Origin: Bacteroidales bacterium
GTDB lineage: Bacteria; Bacteroidota; Bacteroidia; Bacteroidales; JAGOPY01
DNA length: 64,000 nucleotides
NCBI GenBank assembly: GCA_023229505.1
Contig: JALNZD010000018.1
Coordinates: 9,089-73,088 of the forward strand
Reading direction: 5' to 3'
The position numbers were made by a program, and so were the translations under genes. Under the pieces are notes generated by a model. It had not been told where the DNA came from, did no database searches, and worked only from the letters and a program-made list of their open reading frames with translations. Of this stretch, positions 47,961 through 56,962 are shown in pieces (positions within the stretch are counted from its first letter, which is position 1; every line of letters starts with the position of its first letter).

Positions 47961-48353
47961 ATGAGGATAATTTGCATACCACCCCATGCGAGTAAGGTTA
48001 TTAATGGATTTAAGTTATATTCCGAAATATATAGAGATTGTGACCTTTATTTGTACCCCAGCGGTGGTAAAATGAAAACTAAGCAATTTGAAGAGGACAA
48101 TTCACCCGTGCAAATAAAAAACATTATTGCATATAGGTTCAGTGAAAACGAAATAGATACTTTAAACACTGTCGAAGACAATTTTTGGGTTTCAAAAATA
48201 TCAAATTATTCTACAAATGGGTTCATTGGAAGCAGATATCCAGAAAATTGCGGTAAAAAATCAATGTATTCAGAAAAATACTATTTGTATAGTAGTCCTG
48301 GAAACTTCTATATCAAGTATATTAAAGATTTAGGTACAGAAGTTCAACACTAA
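47961..48353 (+). CDS. Hypothetical protein (AT-rich orphan ORF)
   Basis: 130-aa ORF in an AT-rich region with no recognisable motifs. An internal start at MKTKQFEE is possible. Confidence 0.3.
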   Translation: MRIICIPPHASKVINGFKLYSEIYRDCDLYLYPSGGKMKTKQFEEDNSPVQIKNIIAYRFSENEIDTLNTVEDNFWVSKISNYSTNGFIGSRYPENCGKKSMYSEKYYLYSSPGNFYIKYIKDLGTEVQH

Positions 48354-48380
48354 ATAACACATAAAATCACATAATAAGTT

Positions 48381-48401
48381 CTGACTGCTGACTGCTGATC
48401 C
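48381..48401. repeat. Micro-array 3 x 7 nt (CTGACTG)
   Basis: Reads ctgactg ctgactg ctgatcc, 28 nt after the stop of the 47961-48353 ORF. Confidence 0.8.
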
Positions 48402-48550
48402 CGAAATGTCCAAAATTGCGTTGAAATTTTATTGACTTTTCGAGGATCCTCGAAAAACTACCAAATCGAAGATTTGTTGTTTTTCGGGACTGCTAACTCC
48501 TCAACTTAAACATTCCTCCTTCTTAAATGTTAAATCACAAACTAAAATTT

Positions 48551-48652
48551 ATGGAACCAAAACATAACGTTGTCGGTTGGTTTGAAGTACCGGTTGAAAA
48601 CATGGAAAGAGCCATTCGTTTTTATGAGGCAGCCTTGCATTCAAGAAAATAA
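48551..48652 (+). pseudogene. N-terminal fragment (33 codons) of a VOC/glyoxalase-family gene
   Basis: MEPKHNVVGWFEVPVENMERAIRFYEAALHSRK* . The VGWFEIPV.D..RA..FY motif is the usual VOC N-terminus, and full-length proteins are about 120-130 aa. The stop is followed at once by the hairpin repeat. Confidence 0.6.
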
Positions 48653-48663
48653 AGATATAATTT

Positions 48664-48747
48664 AACCTGACAGGCCTGACGACGCTGTCAGGTTTTTACT
48701 TCACCACAACCTGTCAGCGTCCTACAATAGGAGGACCTGACAGGTTG
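48664..48747. repeat. Double hairpin repeat built on CCTGACAGG/CCTGTCAGG; the first hairpin has a second copy at 56963-56993
   Basis: Hairpin 1: aacctgacag(11 nt)ctgtcaggtt + TTT. Hairpin 2: caacctgtcag...ctgacaggttg (11 bp) with an inner gtcct/aggac stem. About 38 nt (aatttaacctgacRggYctgRcgacgc..tcaggttt) recur at 56955-56995 with 5 differences. Confidence 0.8.
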
Positions 48748-48868
48748 ATAGCGAAATAGACATGTATATTGTCGAGATGGAAATTGAACCCCACCATTTA
48801 TAATCTTTCTTTCATTTCTATTTATTAGTTTTCTGAAAATTTAGTAAATTGCATTCAAAAGTTCTGAG

Positions 48869-48908
48869 TTTTTAATTTTTAATTATTAATTTTTAATTTT
48901 TAATTATC
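48869..48908. repeat. Micro-array 5.7 x 7 nt (TTTTTAA) ending at the phzF-like ATG
   Basis: Reads tttttaa tttttaa ttattaa tttttaa tttttaa ttatc, then ATG (48909). Confidence 0.9.
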
Positions 48909-49691
48909 ATGTTCCTTCCTTTCTACCAGGTTGATGCCTTTACTGACCGGCTATTTGGTGGCAATCCGGCCGGGGTTTGTCCGTTGGACCAATGGCTCGC
49001 GGATGAGGTAATGCAGAAAATAGCCATAGAAAACAATCTCTCGGAAACCGCCTTTTTCGTCAAAGAAGACGATGGTTTCCATATCCGGTGGTTCACCCCG
49101 AAAGTTGAAGTGAACCTGTGCGGGCATGCTACACTGGCATCGGCACATGTGATTTTCCATCATCTTGGATACAGTGATGAGATGATTTCTTTTCAGTCGA
49201 GGAGCGGGATACTCAATGTAACCAAAGAAAGCGACCTGCTCATCCTCGATTTCCCTGCCAATAAACCCCAACGTACAGCCCTGCCAAATGATTTCGTGCA
49301 ATCGCTTAATATTACGCCCATTCAGTGCTACCGCGGAAAGGAAGACTATCTTCTTCTCTATAAATCACAACAGGAAATCGAAGCTCTGGTACCTGATTTC
49401 CGACGGCTGGAAAAGATTGATGTGCGGGCTGTGATTGTCACTGCACCTGGTGACAAAGTAGATTTCGTTTCCCGCTTTTTTGCCCCGCGGGTCGGGGTAG
49501 ATGAAGATCCTGTGACTGGCTCGGCCCATACCGTTTTGATCCCATTCTGGGCCGAGAAACTCGGAAAAACCGAGATGAAGGCTTTACAACTTTCACGCCG
49601 CGGCGGAAGCCTGTTTTGCCGCCTTCGTGGCGACCGGGTGGATATAGGCGGGAATGCGGTGACGTTTCTGAAGGGGGAAATCTTTCTTTAG
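48909..49691 (+). CDS. PhzF-family isomerase
   Basis: MFLPFYQVDAFTDRLFGGNPAGV..., NLSETAFF, CGHATLAS, VTGSAHT. 260 aa. Confidence 0.9.
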   Translation: MFLPFYQVDAFTDRLFGGNPAGVCPLDQWLADEVMQKIAIENNLSETAFFVKEDDGFHIRWFTPKVEVNLCGHATLASAHVIFHHLGYSDEMISFQSRSGILNVTKESDLLILDFPANKPQRTALPNDFVQSLNITPIQCYRGKEDYLLLYKSQQEIEALVPDFRRLEKIDVRAVIVTAPGDKVDFVSRFFAPRVGVDEDPVTGSAHTVLIPFWAEKLGKTEMKALQLSRRGGSLFCRLRGDRVDIGGNAVTFLKGEIFL

Positions 49692-49703
49692 TCAATCAAT
49701 ACT

Positions 49704-50492
49704 TTAGTATGCCCGGCAAATCTCAAACAATCGCTCCACATCTCGTAGGTTTCTGCTGAAAGTGCAGCTATGTTGCTTCCTGTGCTCAAAGTACTGACCG
49801 CTGACCCGTTCAATATCCGGGCTCGTGGCAAGCCAGACGGGGGTATCTGCTCCCTGATCGGGTGTCTCATGGCCGCCAAAGCCCATCGAATTGCTCAGGG
49901 CTGAGTTCACATCTCCGGGATGGCATACATTAACAGATATATTAAAGGAGTTAAGCCTGCCTGCAAAAGCTACGGTCAACATCCGGTTTGCCTGCTTCGA
50001 CTGGCGATAGGCTTCATCATTGTCATATTGCCGGCGTTTGAATTCAAGGTCAGTCATATCCAACCCGCCTGCCCAATAGCTGGCCACATTCACCACCCTC
50101 GACGGGGCGCCGGATTTTAACTGAGGCGTGAAAGCTTCAATCATCCAATAATAGCCCAGCACATTAGTCGCAAACTGTACCTCAATGCCTTCAGGGGTTT
50201 CCGTCCGTTTCCGGGGAGTAGCAGCAGCGTTGTTGACCAGGACATGGACCGGCTCCTGAATCCTTGAAGCCAGTTCTAAGATTTCCACCTTACGTGATAA
50301 ATCGGTAATGACATACCGGATATCATCCGAACCGGTTTGCCGACGGATTTCTTCCATCACCTTCAATGCTTTTTCTTCATCTTTCACGACCATGATAACC
50401 CTGAAATCTCCCGTCTCAACAAGCTGACGGGCAATGGCCTTTCCGATGGCACCAGTGGCACCTGTAACCAGGGCAAGTTTCCTTCTATTCAT
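49704..50492 (-). CDS. Short-chain dehydrogenase/reductase (SDR)
   Basis: ALVTGATGAIGKAIA (TGxxxGxG), NNAA, and a YxxxK region (YRQSKQAN). Confidence 0.9.
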   Translation of the reverse strand: MNRRKLALVTGATGAIGKAIARQLVETGDFRVIMVVKDEEKALKVMEEIRRQTGSDDIRYVITDLSRKVEILELASRIQEPVHVLVNNAAATPRKRTETPEGIEVQFATNVLGYYWMIEAFTPQLKSGAPSRVVNVASYWAGGLDMTDLEFKRRQYDNDEAYRQSKQANRMLTVAFAGRLNSFNISVNVCHPGDVNSALSNSMGFGGHETPDQGADTPVWLATSPDIERVSGQYFEHRKQHSCTFSRNLRDVERLFEICRAY

Positions 50493-50562
50493 AACTTATA
50501 TTGTCAATCGTTCAAATATAATTATTTTCGTCGTGATAATTCTAACTTTACAATAATCACGA

Positions 50563-50730
50563 ATGATCATCATCCTTTTTATATACAGCCTGATTTTTAT
50601 CGCCCTAGGATTGTTTTTTATCTTGAAAAAGAAAAAAATCCTCGGTGGCATGTTTATCCTGCTGGCAATTATGTTAACCATCGTTGGAATAGTAGCAATA
50701 GCAATTTATCCTAACATCTGGCCCTTTTGA
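50563..50730 (+). CDS. Candidate small two-TM membrane protein (55 aa, below ORF-track cutoff)
   Basis: ATG at 50563. MIIILFIYSLIFIALGLFFILKKKKILGGMFILLAIMLTIVGIVAIAIYPNIWPF*. Two hydrophobic helices joined by a KKKK loop. The stop lies 2 nt before the next ATG. Confidence 0.4.
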   Translation: MIIILFIYSLIFIALGLFFILKKKKILGGMFILLAIMLTIVGIVAIAIYPNIWPF

Positions 50731-50732
50731 AC

Positions 50733-51419
50733 ATGAAAAGATCCTTTATTACAGCATGCTTAATCTCGATAACCCTTGCCCTTTCGGCCCAGCAAAAGCC
50801 ATCTTTTATCGGTTTACAGGCAGGGCCTTCATTCCCTGTGGGGAAATTCCAGGAGAAAAAGCTCCCGGATGGCAGTTTCACCCTGATTGGCTTCAGCACA
50901 TCGCTGGAAGGCGCCTGGTTCTTCACGTCCTGGATGGGGGTTGGCGGATCGGCCGGCATGCACTTCCACCCGGTCGACGTCAGAACTCTCGGCTATGAAA
51001 AGGTTGTCGCTGATCCTTTCATGAACGATGTTTATATCAGGTCTGATCCTTACCGCTCATACACCGTCTATGCCGGTCTATTTTTCCAGTTTCCACTTGT
51101 ACAAAGACTTTCTCTGACTGCCAAAGCATTAAGGGGCATTATGTTTACCCAATCGCCATACCAGTTGTATAAAGCAGATTATGAAATGATTGGCGAAAAG
51201 TGGTTTGAGATAACTTCTGCGGGTGATTTTGAAGGGAGTTTCCTGGCCGGAGCAGGCCTTAAATACGAATTGAAAAACTGCATCGGGTTCTCGCTAAATA
51301 CAGAATTCACCTATAATGAAATGAATTTTGATTTCGAACTTTCAGATGGCAGCGTCCGGACAGATAAAAAGGTGGTGGCGTTTGTGAATGTTTTATTGGG
51401 AATCTTTATAAAAATTTAA
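50733..51419 (+). CDS. Outer-membrane beta-barrel protein
   Basis: Signal peptide MKRSFITACLISITLALSAQQ, alternating beta-strand pattern, aromatic C-terminus. The track start 50727 is TTG; the ATG is at 50733. Confidence 0.7.
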   Translation: MKRSFITACLISITLALSAQQKPSFIGLQAGPSFPVGKFQEKKLPDGSFTLIGFSTSLEGAWFFTSWMGVGGSAGMHFHPVDVRTLGYEKVVADPFMNDVYIRSDPYRSYTVYAGLFFQFPLVQRLSLTAKALRGIMFTQSPYQLYKADYEMIGEKWFEITSAGDFEGSFLAGAGLKYELKNCIGFSLNTEFTYNEMNFDFELSDGSVRTDKKVVAFVNVLLGIFIKI

Positions 51420-51425
51420 CGATGT

Positions 51426-51478
51426 AGCGATATAGCGATATTACGATTTGATGTTTATCAAAAATTCGCTATATCGCT
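51426..51478. terminator. Bidirectional hairpin between convergent genes
   Basis: Perfect 13-bp arms agcgatatagcga/tcgctatatcgct with a 27-nt loop. The loop contains an inner ttgat/atcaa stem. Confidence 0.5.
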
Positions 51479-51494
51479 TTATTTACAAATTCCC

Positions 51495-51522
51495 CAACTC
51501 AAAACTCAAAACTTAAAACTTT
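51495..51522. repeat. Micro-array 4 x 7 nt (AAACTCA-type) overlapping the pepE stop codon
   Basis: Reads caactca aaactca aaactta aaacttt. The pepE stop is at 51506-51508. Confidence 0.85.
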
Positions 51523-52216
51523 CGATAGGTTCTTGTCCATACCGGAATATCCGCATCGGGCGGGAACCTTTCAACTCGATCTGCTCTCCTTCGACCTGTA
51601 AAAGGGTAGCTTCCCTCAACCCAACTACGGTAACGCTTCTATTCACTGCCAGGAACTCTTCGATCCGCTGCTGCCGGGTTTCTCCGCCATGGCCCTCGGG
51701 ATTGGCATCCAGGTAATGCGGGTTGATCTGAAAAGGTACCAGGTTGAAAGTATCAAAACTTGCAGGCTGGATAATTGGCATATCATTGGTAGTGCATAAA
51801 GTGGGGCATGCGACGTTAGCACCCGCACTCCAGCCCATAAAATGCATCCCTTCCAGCACACGTTCCCTTATGACTTTAACAAGATTGAGCAGGTGCAACA
51901 TATAGACCAGGTGAAAGGTATTTCCACCACCTACAGCAATAACCCGGGCCTTCCTGACCGCTTCAACGGGGTCTTTTTCCCGGTGGATGGAATAGATTCC
52001 ATAACCAAGTTCTTTAAAAACGGCCTGTACCCGTTGCTCATAAAGATCATATGACCGCTCTACACTTTCAGAAGCCAGGTTTACCCCGGCATATGGAATG
52101 AATAAAATATCGCTCACACCTGTACCATCAAGGAATGCGCTGATATATGGCCTTGGCCACCCTAAATAGGGTTCGCCTGCGTTGGTGGAATTGCTGATCA
52201 GCAGGAGTCGTTTCAT
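51506..52216 (-). CDS. pepE: Dipeptidase E (peptidase S51)
   Basis: Collinear with E. coli PepE: LLLISNST, VGGGNTFHL, GWSAGANVACPT, TTNDMPI, FQINPHY, EGHGGETRQQRIEEFL. Confidence 0.9.
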   Translation of the reverse strand: MKRLLLISNSTNAGEPYLGWPRPYISAFLDGTGVSDILFIPYAGVNLASESVERSYDLYEQRVQAVFKELGYGIYSIHREKDPVEAVRKARVIAVGGGNTFHLVYMLHLLNLVKVIRERVLEGMHFMGWSAGANVACPTLCTTNDMPIIQPASFDTFNLVPFQINPHYLDANPEGHGGETRQQRIEEFLAVNRSVTVVGLREATLLQVEGEQIELKGSRPMRIFRYGQEPIESFKF

Positions 52217-52254
52217 AATTTCGGTATTATAACTGTTTTATACAAAGTAAAGAA

Positions 52255-54930
52255 TTATTTCTCCCAAATGAAAGGCCAATAGTTCAATTTCCAATTTGTC
52301 GCCTCAAGCCAGGTAAGCTTATAACTCCACCTGAATACCCGGTACCATTTGTGCTGGCCTGTATAAGAGTCAAGCTTTTTCCAGGGTTCAACGATACCGG
52401 AATTCATCGCATCACGCCTGGCAAGTGATTCAGCTACCGATCTCTGCTGATCGGCCAGCAGACTTGCGGAATATCCAATTTCACGTAAACGTTCAAGAAT
52501 CCGCAAAGCAATTTCAAAATCTTTCAATGTTATAAAATGATCAAGCATTCCTGTAAGGAAAAACGGATCCTTCGCCCGGATCACGCGGTCAAAAAGTGGA
52601 ATGAACACGACACCCTGCTCAAGCAATTTGTTGCGGTAATAATAATTTTTCAGGGTCTGAAAAGCTTTGAGGTAATCTGAAAAGGATCCATCCATAAGGT
52701 CTTCAAGTTCTTTTTCTTTTTGTTGAAAATTTGCCGGTGCTTCCAGGAGCACTTTCTGATACCACGCCTCATCATCCCGGACCCTGCAACTGAGATGATC
52801 CATAGAAAGGTTCACAGCATCTTCGGTTATTTTCAGGGCAAGGATGAATTCGCTCTTATTCCTGGCCTCCTTTGCCTGGACCATCAGCTCATTATATTCC
52901 CTGAATACCATTTCACATTCATTTTGATGTATAGATTCCCCTAAGGCAAAATACTGGTCCGAAAGGGTATCATTCTCCGCAAACTCGTATTCCGACAACA
53001 TCAATTTAACCTGATTTAGCGCAAATCCTGCTCCTACAAAATCATAAGCCCACGCCTTTACCCGTCCATCCGATAAAATTTCCTCCATAACCCGCCTTGC
53101 AGCTGCCTGGCGATATCTGAAAAGCTCAGGATGAGGACGGAAAACATAACCTCTCTCCTGGAAATAAGCTTTATTGAAATAATAGAGCGCATTGCTGAAT
53201 TCTTCCTTATCAAAATCCCTGAGCCCCTCTTCCATAAGTTCATCATAATGATATTGCCGGAAACTGCTTTCAAGTTCCTCTTCTATCACATCTTTCCCGA
53301 TCCGGTACCCTGCCCTCATCCTTGTTTCTGCTGCCTGCCTGTAAACCTGCTCCGCTTCCGGCAATTCGTCTTTTGCAATTAATGTCCGGGCTTTATTCAG
53401 AAGATCATAATAAATGCCATTCCTGGCAATTCTCATCCACTCATGAAACTGTCCGGGACATGGGTAGTAAGGAGCAACCAGGCAATGTTTTTGTATCTCA
53501 TTCAGGTAAACCAGGGCTTTATTACTTTCTTTCAGGTCGATTAGTTTAATAACCTGGCTTTCAAAATTAAGGAAAAGCCATTTTTCAAACTCCTGAAGCG
53601 TATCAGGTTCAAAGCAAATAAAATCTTTATCGGAAAACAAATCCCGGGCATTTATTAAATATTGGGCAGCCATCACGGGGTTTTCTTTCAAGGCAGATTT
53701 CCCTGATATCTCAAGGTAAGAAGTCGCGATACTATTCTTCATCAGTCCAACCAGCTGGTACGCAGCTGCCTGATATTCATGCAGATTCATAAGCTGAGAA
53801 AGATCATAGGCCGATTGGTAATAGGTCAGAGCCCTGAGCTGGTTGCCGGATGATCTGTAACTGTTGCCACGCTCAATAAGGCACTGCACAAAAACCTGGC
53901 ACCACAAACGTAATCCGTTGGTATCTATCCCCGGCTGCCGGTTCAGCCTCTTGTGAAGAACCTGCAAACCGGCATTGTTGAAATCAGGCCTGGCTAAACC
54001 TTCAATGAAATTGACATAGCGGAAATCAGTTTTATAAGCCAACTCATGATAATAGTCGAGCCTGTCCATATATTTTATCAGCAGATCTTTCTTAAGAGTA
54101 ATCAATCCTGATGAAGCGGGTTCAAAATAGTTGTAATGAATAATTGCTTTAAACCTGTTATTAAGCCTTACCAGTTCCTGAAATTTAGCATCAAGACCGG
54201 CAAGATCAGGTTGACCTGGTATCAGCACCGAATTAAATATATCAGGCCGGATATACTCAATAATCCTTTCCAGTTCAACCTGTCTGAGTATCATTTCAGC
54301 CTTTATGCCGGATTCGGAAAGAAACCCATTGGCCGCCCAGGCTCTGGCACTGTCAGCTATGAGCGAAGCAGCATAAAACTGGTCAATTTGCAGGATACGG
54401 TCACGGAATTCTTCATAGGAAGATTTAGTGTAATGAAAGACAGCCCTGGAAAAAACAACAGAAAGGTTGCTATCGGAAGTGTTCCTGGCAAATGTCAGGG
54501 AAGTATACAGACTGGAGTCACTTTCAAGGGGAATATCAATAAAGATCAGGCTGTCTGAAACAAACCCATCAAAATTGACTAGCTGAAAAATCAGGTCTGC
54601 TTTTTCAGGCTTAACGGAAGCAGATACATTATAGCCACGGTATATAAGGGGAAAACACACCACACTAAGCGGCAGTACCCTGATTTCAAGTTGTTCCGGC
54701 CTGCACTGATCAGTCACATAATGGATCTTATAATCAAACCGCAGGGATATTTCACGGAAAGATTGTTGCCCGGCTAGCGCAATATCCTGAATAATAAGAT
54801 TCTGGTAATAATTGTCATTGCTATTGGTAATACCTTCAAGGGTAACAGACTGGTTCAGAATGAAGTGTTCCTTGCATTGAGGAAGGATAGCCTTAGGGAA
54901 TATAAAAATAAGAATAATGACCGCAGCCAT
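52255..54930 (-). CDS. Large hypothetical protein, N-terminal membrane anchor/signal, helical (TPR-like) body
   Basis: The ATG at 54930 gives MAAVIILIFIFPKAILPQ. The 32 extra codons of the track ORF overlap a hairpin and tRNA-Leu. No family recognised. Confidence 0.65.
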   Translation of the reverse strand: MAAVIILIFIFPKAILPQCKEHFILNQSVTLEGITNSNDNYYQNLIIQDIALAGQQSFREISLRFDYKIHYVTDQCRPEQLEIRVLPLSVVCFPLIYRGYNVSASVKPEKADLIFQLVNFDGFVSDSLIFIDIPLESDSSLYTSLTFARNTSDSNLSVVFSRAVFHYTKSSYEEFRDRILQIDQFYAASLIADSARAWAANGFLSESGIKAEMILRQVELERIIEYIRPDIFNSVLIPGQPDLAGLDAKFQELVRLNNRFKAIIHYNYFEPASSGLITLKKDLLIKYMDRLDYYHELAYKTDFRYVNFIEGLARPDFNNAGLQVLHKRLNRQPGIDTNGLRLWCQVFVQCLIERGNSYRSSGNQLRALTYYQSAYDLSQLMNLHEYQAAAYQLVGLMKNSIATSYLEISGKSALKENPVMAAQYLINARDLFSDKDFICFEPDTLQEFEKWLFLNFESQVIKLIDLKESNKALVYLNEIQKHCLVAPYYPCPGQFHEWMRIARNGIYYDLLNKARTLIAKDELPEAEQVYRQAAETRMRAGYRIGKDVIEEELESSFRQYHYDELMEEGLRDFDKEEFSNALYYFNKAYFQERGYVFRPHPELFRYRQAAARRVMEEILSDGRVKAWAYDFVGAGFALNQVKLMLSEYEFAENDTLSDQYFALGESIHQNECEMVFREYNELMVQAKEARNKSEFILALKITEDAVNLSMDHLSCRVRDDEAWYQKVLLEAPANFQQKEKELEDLMDGSFSDYLKAFQTLKNYYYRNKLLEQGVVFIPLFDRVIRAKDPFFLTGMLDHFITLKDFEIALRILERLREIGYSASLLADQQRSVAESLARRDAMNSGIVEPWKKLDSYTGQHKWYRVFRWSYKLTWLEATNWKLNYWPFIWEK

Positions 54931-54984
54931 TATTCTTCTTATTCCTCTTTTAACCTTAGGTGCCAATGTTTTTGATATTAAATT

Positions 54985-55012
54985 AAGATGCCGGCTTTTC
55001 AACCGGCATCTT
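54985..55012 (-). terminator. Hairpin downstream of the tRNA-Leu pair
   Basis: Perfect 10-bp stem aagatgccgg/ccggcatctt with an 8-nt loop. Confidence 0.5.
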
Positions 55013-55019
55013 TCCCGAG

Positions 55020-55103
55020 TGCCCAAGACAAGACTCGAACTTGCACGAGCGTGCGCTCACTACACCCTGAATGTAGCGCGTCTACCAGTTCCGCCACTTG
55101 GGC
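55020..55103 (-). tRNA. tRNA-Leu (anticodon CAG)
   Basis: The reverse complement GCCCAAGTGGCGGAACTGGTAGACGCGCTACATTCAGGGTGTAG...GCAAGTTCGAGTCTTGTCTTGGGCA folds as a class II tRNA. It has a long variable arm and anticodon loop TTCAGGG. Confidence 0.9.
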
Positions 55104-55114
55104 CTTTTGGTAAT

Positions 55115-55135
55115 ATTTTTAATTTTTAATTTATA
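55115..55135. repeat. Micro-array 3 x 7 nt (ATTTTTA) between the two tRNA-Leu genes
   Basis: Reads attttta attttta atttata. Same unit as the 48869 array. Confidence 0.75.
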
Positions 55136-55138
55136 TTG

Positions 55139-55222
55139 TGCCCAGAACAAGACTCGAACTTGCACAACCAAGAGGTTACATGGCCCTCAACCATGCGCGT
55201 CTACCAATTCCGCCATCTGGGC
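55139..55222 (-). tRNA. tRNA-Leu (anticodon GAG)
   Basis: The reverse complement GCCCAGATGGCGGAATTGGTAGACGCGCATGGTTGAGGGCCATG...GCAAGTTCGAGTCTTGTTCTGGGCA has anticodon loop TTGAGGG and a long variable arm. Confidence 0.9.
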
Positions 55223-55372
55223 TTTTTAGCGGGGGCAAAAGTAAGAATAATTTTAAATTATTTATAATAAACAAAATACATTTTTCTTTGACAGTTCTCT
55301 AAGGATCATTAATTTTACAGTCTTAATAGGTGTTTTCAACCTGAAAACTCATTATGATCAAACCAAATTACT

Positions 55373-56920
55373 ATGTTTAGCAATAAAGATTTGAAGCAGA
55401 TCGCAGCACGGGGTATTTTCATGAAAACCATTGAACAGCAGGTCAATGATTTTAAACATGGCTTTCCTTTTATCAGGCTCCAGGCTCCGGCAACAAAAGA
55501 AAATGGCATCCGTACCTTTAATGAAAAGGAAATTCATGAACTCATCACTAATTTCGATCGTACCGCAAAAGATATGAAACTGGTCAAGTTCGTTCCTGCT
55601 TCCGGTGCGGCAACCAGGATGTTTAAACATCTTTTTGAGTTCCAGGAGCAGGTTGATAAGCATAAAGCTGATGACAGCGTGTTGGCAGATACGGATTTCA
55701 ACAGCGCCGGATATTTCTTCAGGAATCTGAATAAATTCGCTTTTTATGATGACCTGAAAAGGATCATGTCGCGGGCTGGTGTCAGCATTGACGATTGTTT
55801 TAAGAAGAAAGATTTTAATACCATCCTTGATTTTGTCATGACCGAAAAAGGGCTCATTTACGGCAACCTGCCGAAAGGCCTCATTAAATTTCATCATTAC
55901 GGGACATTTTCGCGCACGGCAACGGGAGAACACCTGGTTGAAGGGGCGCATTACTGTGCCAACCGGTCCAAGCATATCACAGTCCACTTTACGGTATCGC
56001 CGGAACACCTTTCTAATTTCAGGGACATGATTGCTTACGTGCAGCCTTATTATGAAAGCATGTTCGGCGTTTTATACGAAATCAGTTTTTCAGTACAAAA
56101 ACCTTCCACAGATACGCTGGCGGTTGATTTGAACAATGAGCCATTCCGCGAGAAGGACGGATCGCTGGTATTTCGTCCGGGTGGTCATGGCGCCCTAATC
56201 GAAAACCTGAATGACCTGGATTTTGATATCGTCTTCATAAAGAATATAGATAACGTGGTACCTGACCGTTTGAAAGCAGAGACTCACCGTTATAAGAAAC
56301 TGCTTGGCGGCCTGCTCATCCAGTTGCAGAGCAAATCCTTTAATTTACTCCGGGCCCTCGATAAAAAACCTCCATCAGAAGAGAACATAAAAGAAGCCAC
56401 CCAATTCTGCGAACAACAGATAAACATCTCATTTCCTTCCGATTTCAATCGTTGGGAAGAGAGCAGGAGAGTGAAATTCCTGCAAAATATCCTCAACAAG
56501 CCGATCAGGATATGCGGAATGGTTAAAAATGAAGGTGAACCCGGCGGGGGTCCGTTCTGGGTGAAAAACAAACAGGGAGAAATATCTTTACAGATTGTAG
56601 AATCTTCGCAGATCGATCTGAAAAATGCAGAGCAAAAAAAGATTTTCGGGTCATCTACCCATTTTAACCCGGTAGACCTGGTCTGTAGCCTTAAAAATTA
56701 CAAAGGCGAAAAGTTTGATCTTCACCAGTTTATCGATCACAACACGGGTTTTATCTCCATTAAATCGAAAGATGGAAAGCAATTAAAGGCCCTTGAATTA
56801 CCCGGGCTCTGGAACGGTGCCATGGCCGACTGGATCACTGTATTTATCGAAGTGCCTATCATCACGTTTAATCCTGTTAAAACAGTTAACGACCTTTTGA
56901 GGGAGCAACACCAGAATTAG
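55373..56920 (+). CDS. DUF4301-like protein with UDP-sugar pyrophosphorylase-like motifs
   Basis: 515 aa. KFVPASGAATRMF and FRPGGHGAL resemble the UDPGP nucleotide-binding and PxGHG motifs. The family name is from memory. Confidence 0.6.
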   Translation: MFSNKDLKQIAARGIFMKTIEQQVNDFKHGFPFIRLQAPATKENGIRTFNEKEIHELITNFDRTAKDMKLVKFVPASGAATRMFKHLFEFQEQVDKHKADDSVLADTDFNSAGYFFRNLNKFAFYDDLKRIMSRAGVSIDDCFKKKDFNTILDFVMTEKGLIYGNLPKGLIKFHHYGTFSRTATGEHLVEGAHYCANRSKHITVHFTVSPEHLSNFRDMIAYVQPYYESMFGVLYEISFSVQKPSTDTLAVDLNNEPFREKDGSLVFRPGGHGALIENLNDLDFDIVFIKNIDNVVPDRLKAETHRYKKLLGGLLIQLQSKSFNLLRALDKKPPSEENIKEATQFCEQQINISFPSDFNRWEESRRVKFLQNILNKPIRICGMVKNEGEPGGGPFWVKNKQGEISLQIVESSQIDLKNAEQKKIFGSSTHFNPVDLVCSLKNYKGEKFDLHQFIDHNTGFISIKSKDGKQLKALELPGLWNGAMADWITVFIEVPIITFNPVKTVNDLLREQHQN

Positions 56921-56922
56921 GA

Positions 56923-56943
56923 CAAAGTTCAAAGGGCAAAGTT
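56923..56943. repeat. Micro-array 3 x 7 nt (CAAAGTT), reverse complement of the unit at 12064-12098
   Basis: Reads caaagtt caaaggg caaagtt. Starts 3 nt after the stop codon at 56918-56920. Confidence 0.8.
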
Positions 56944-56962
56944 GTCATTGTTTATTCAATTT

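Noticed and set aside
54931-55026. Extension of the 923-aa ORF
   Set aside because: It runs through a 10-bp hairpin and into tRNA-Leu(CAG). The internal ATG at 54930 gives a hydrophobic N-terminus.
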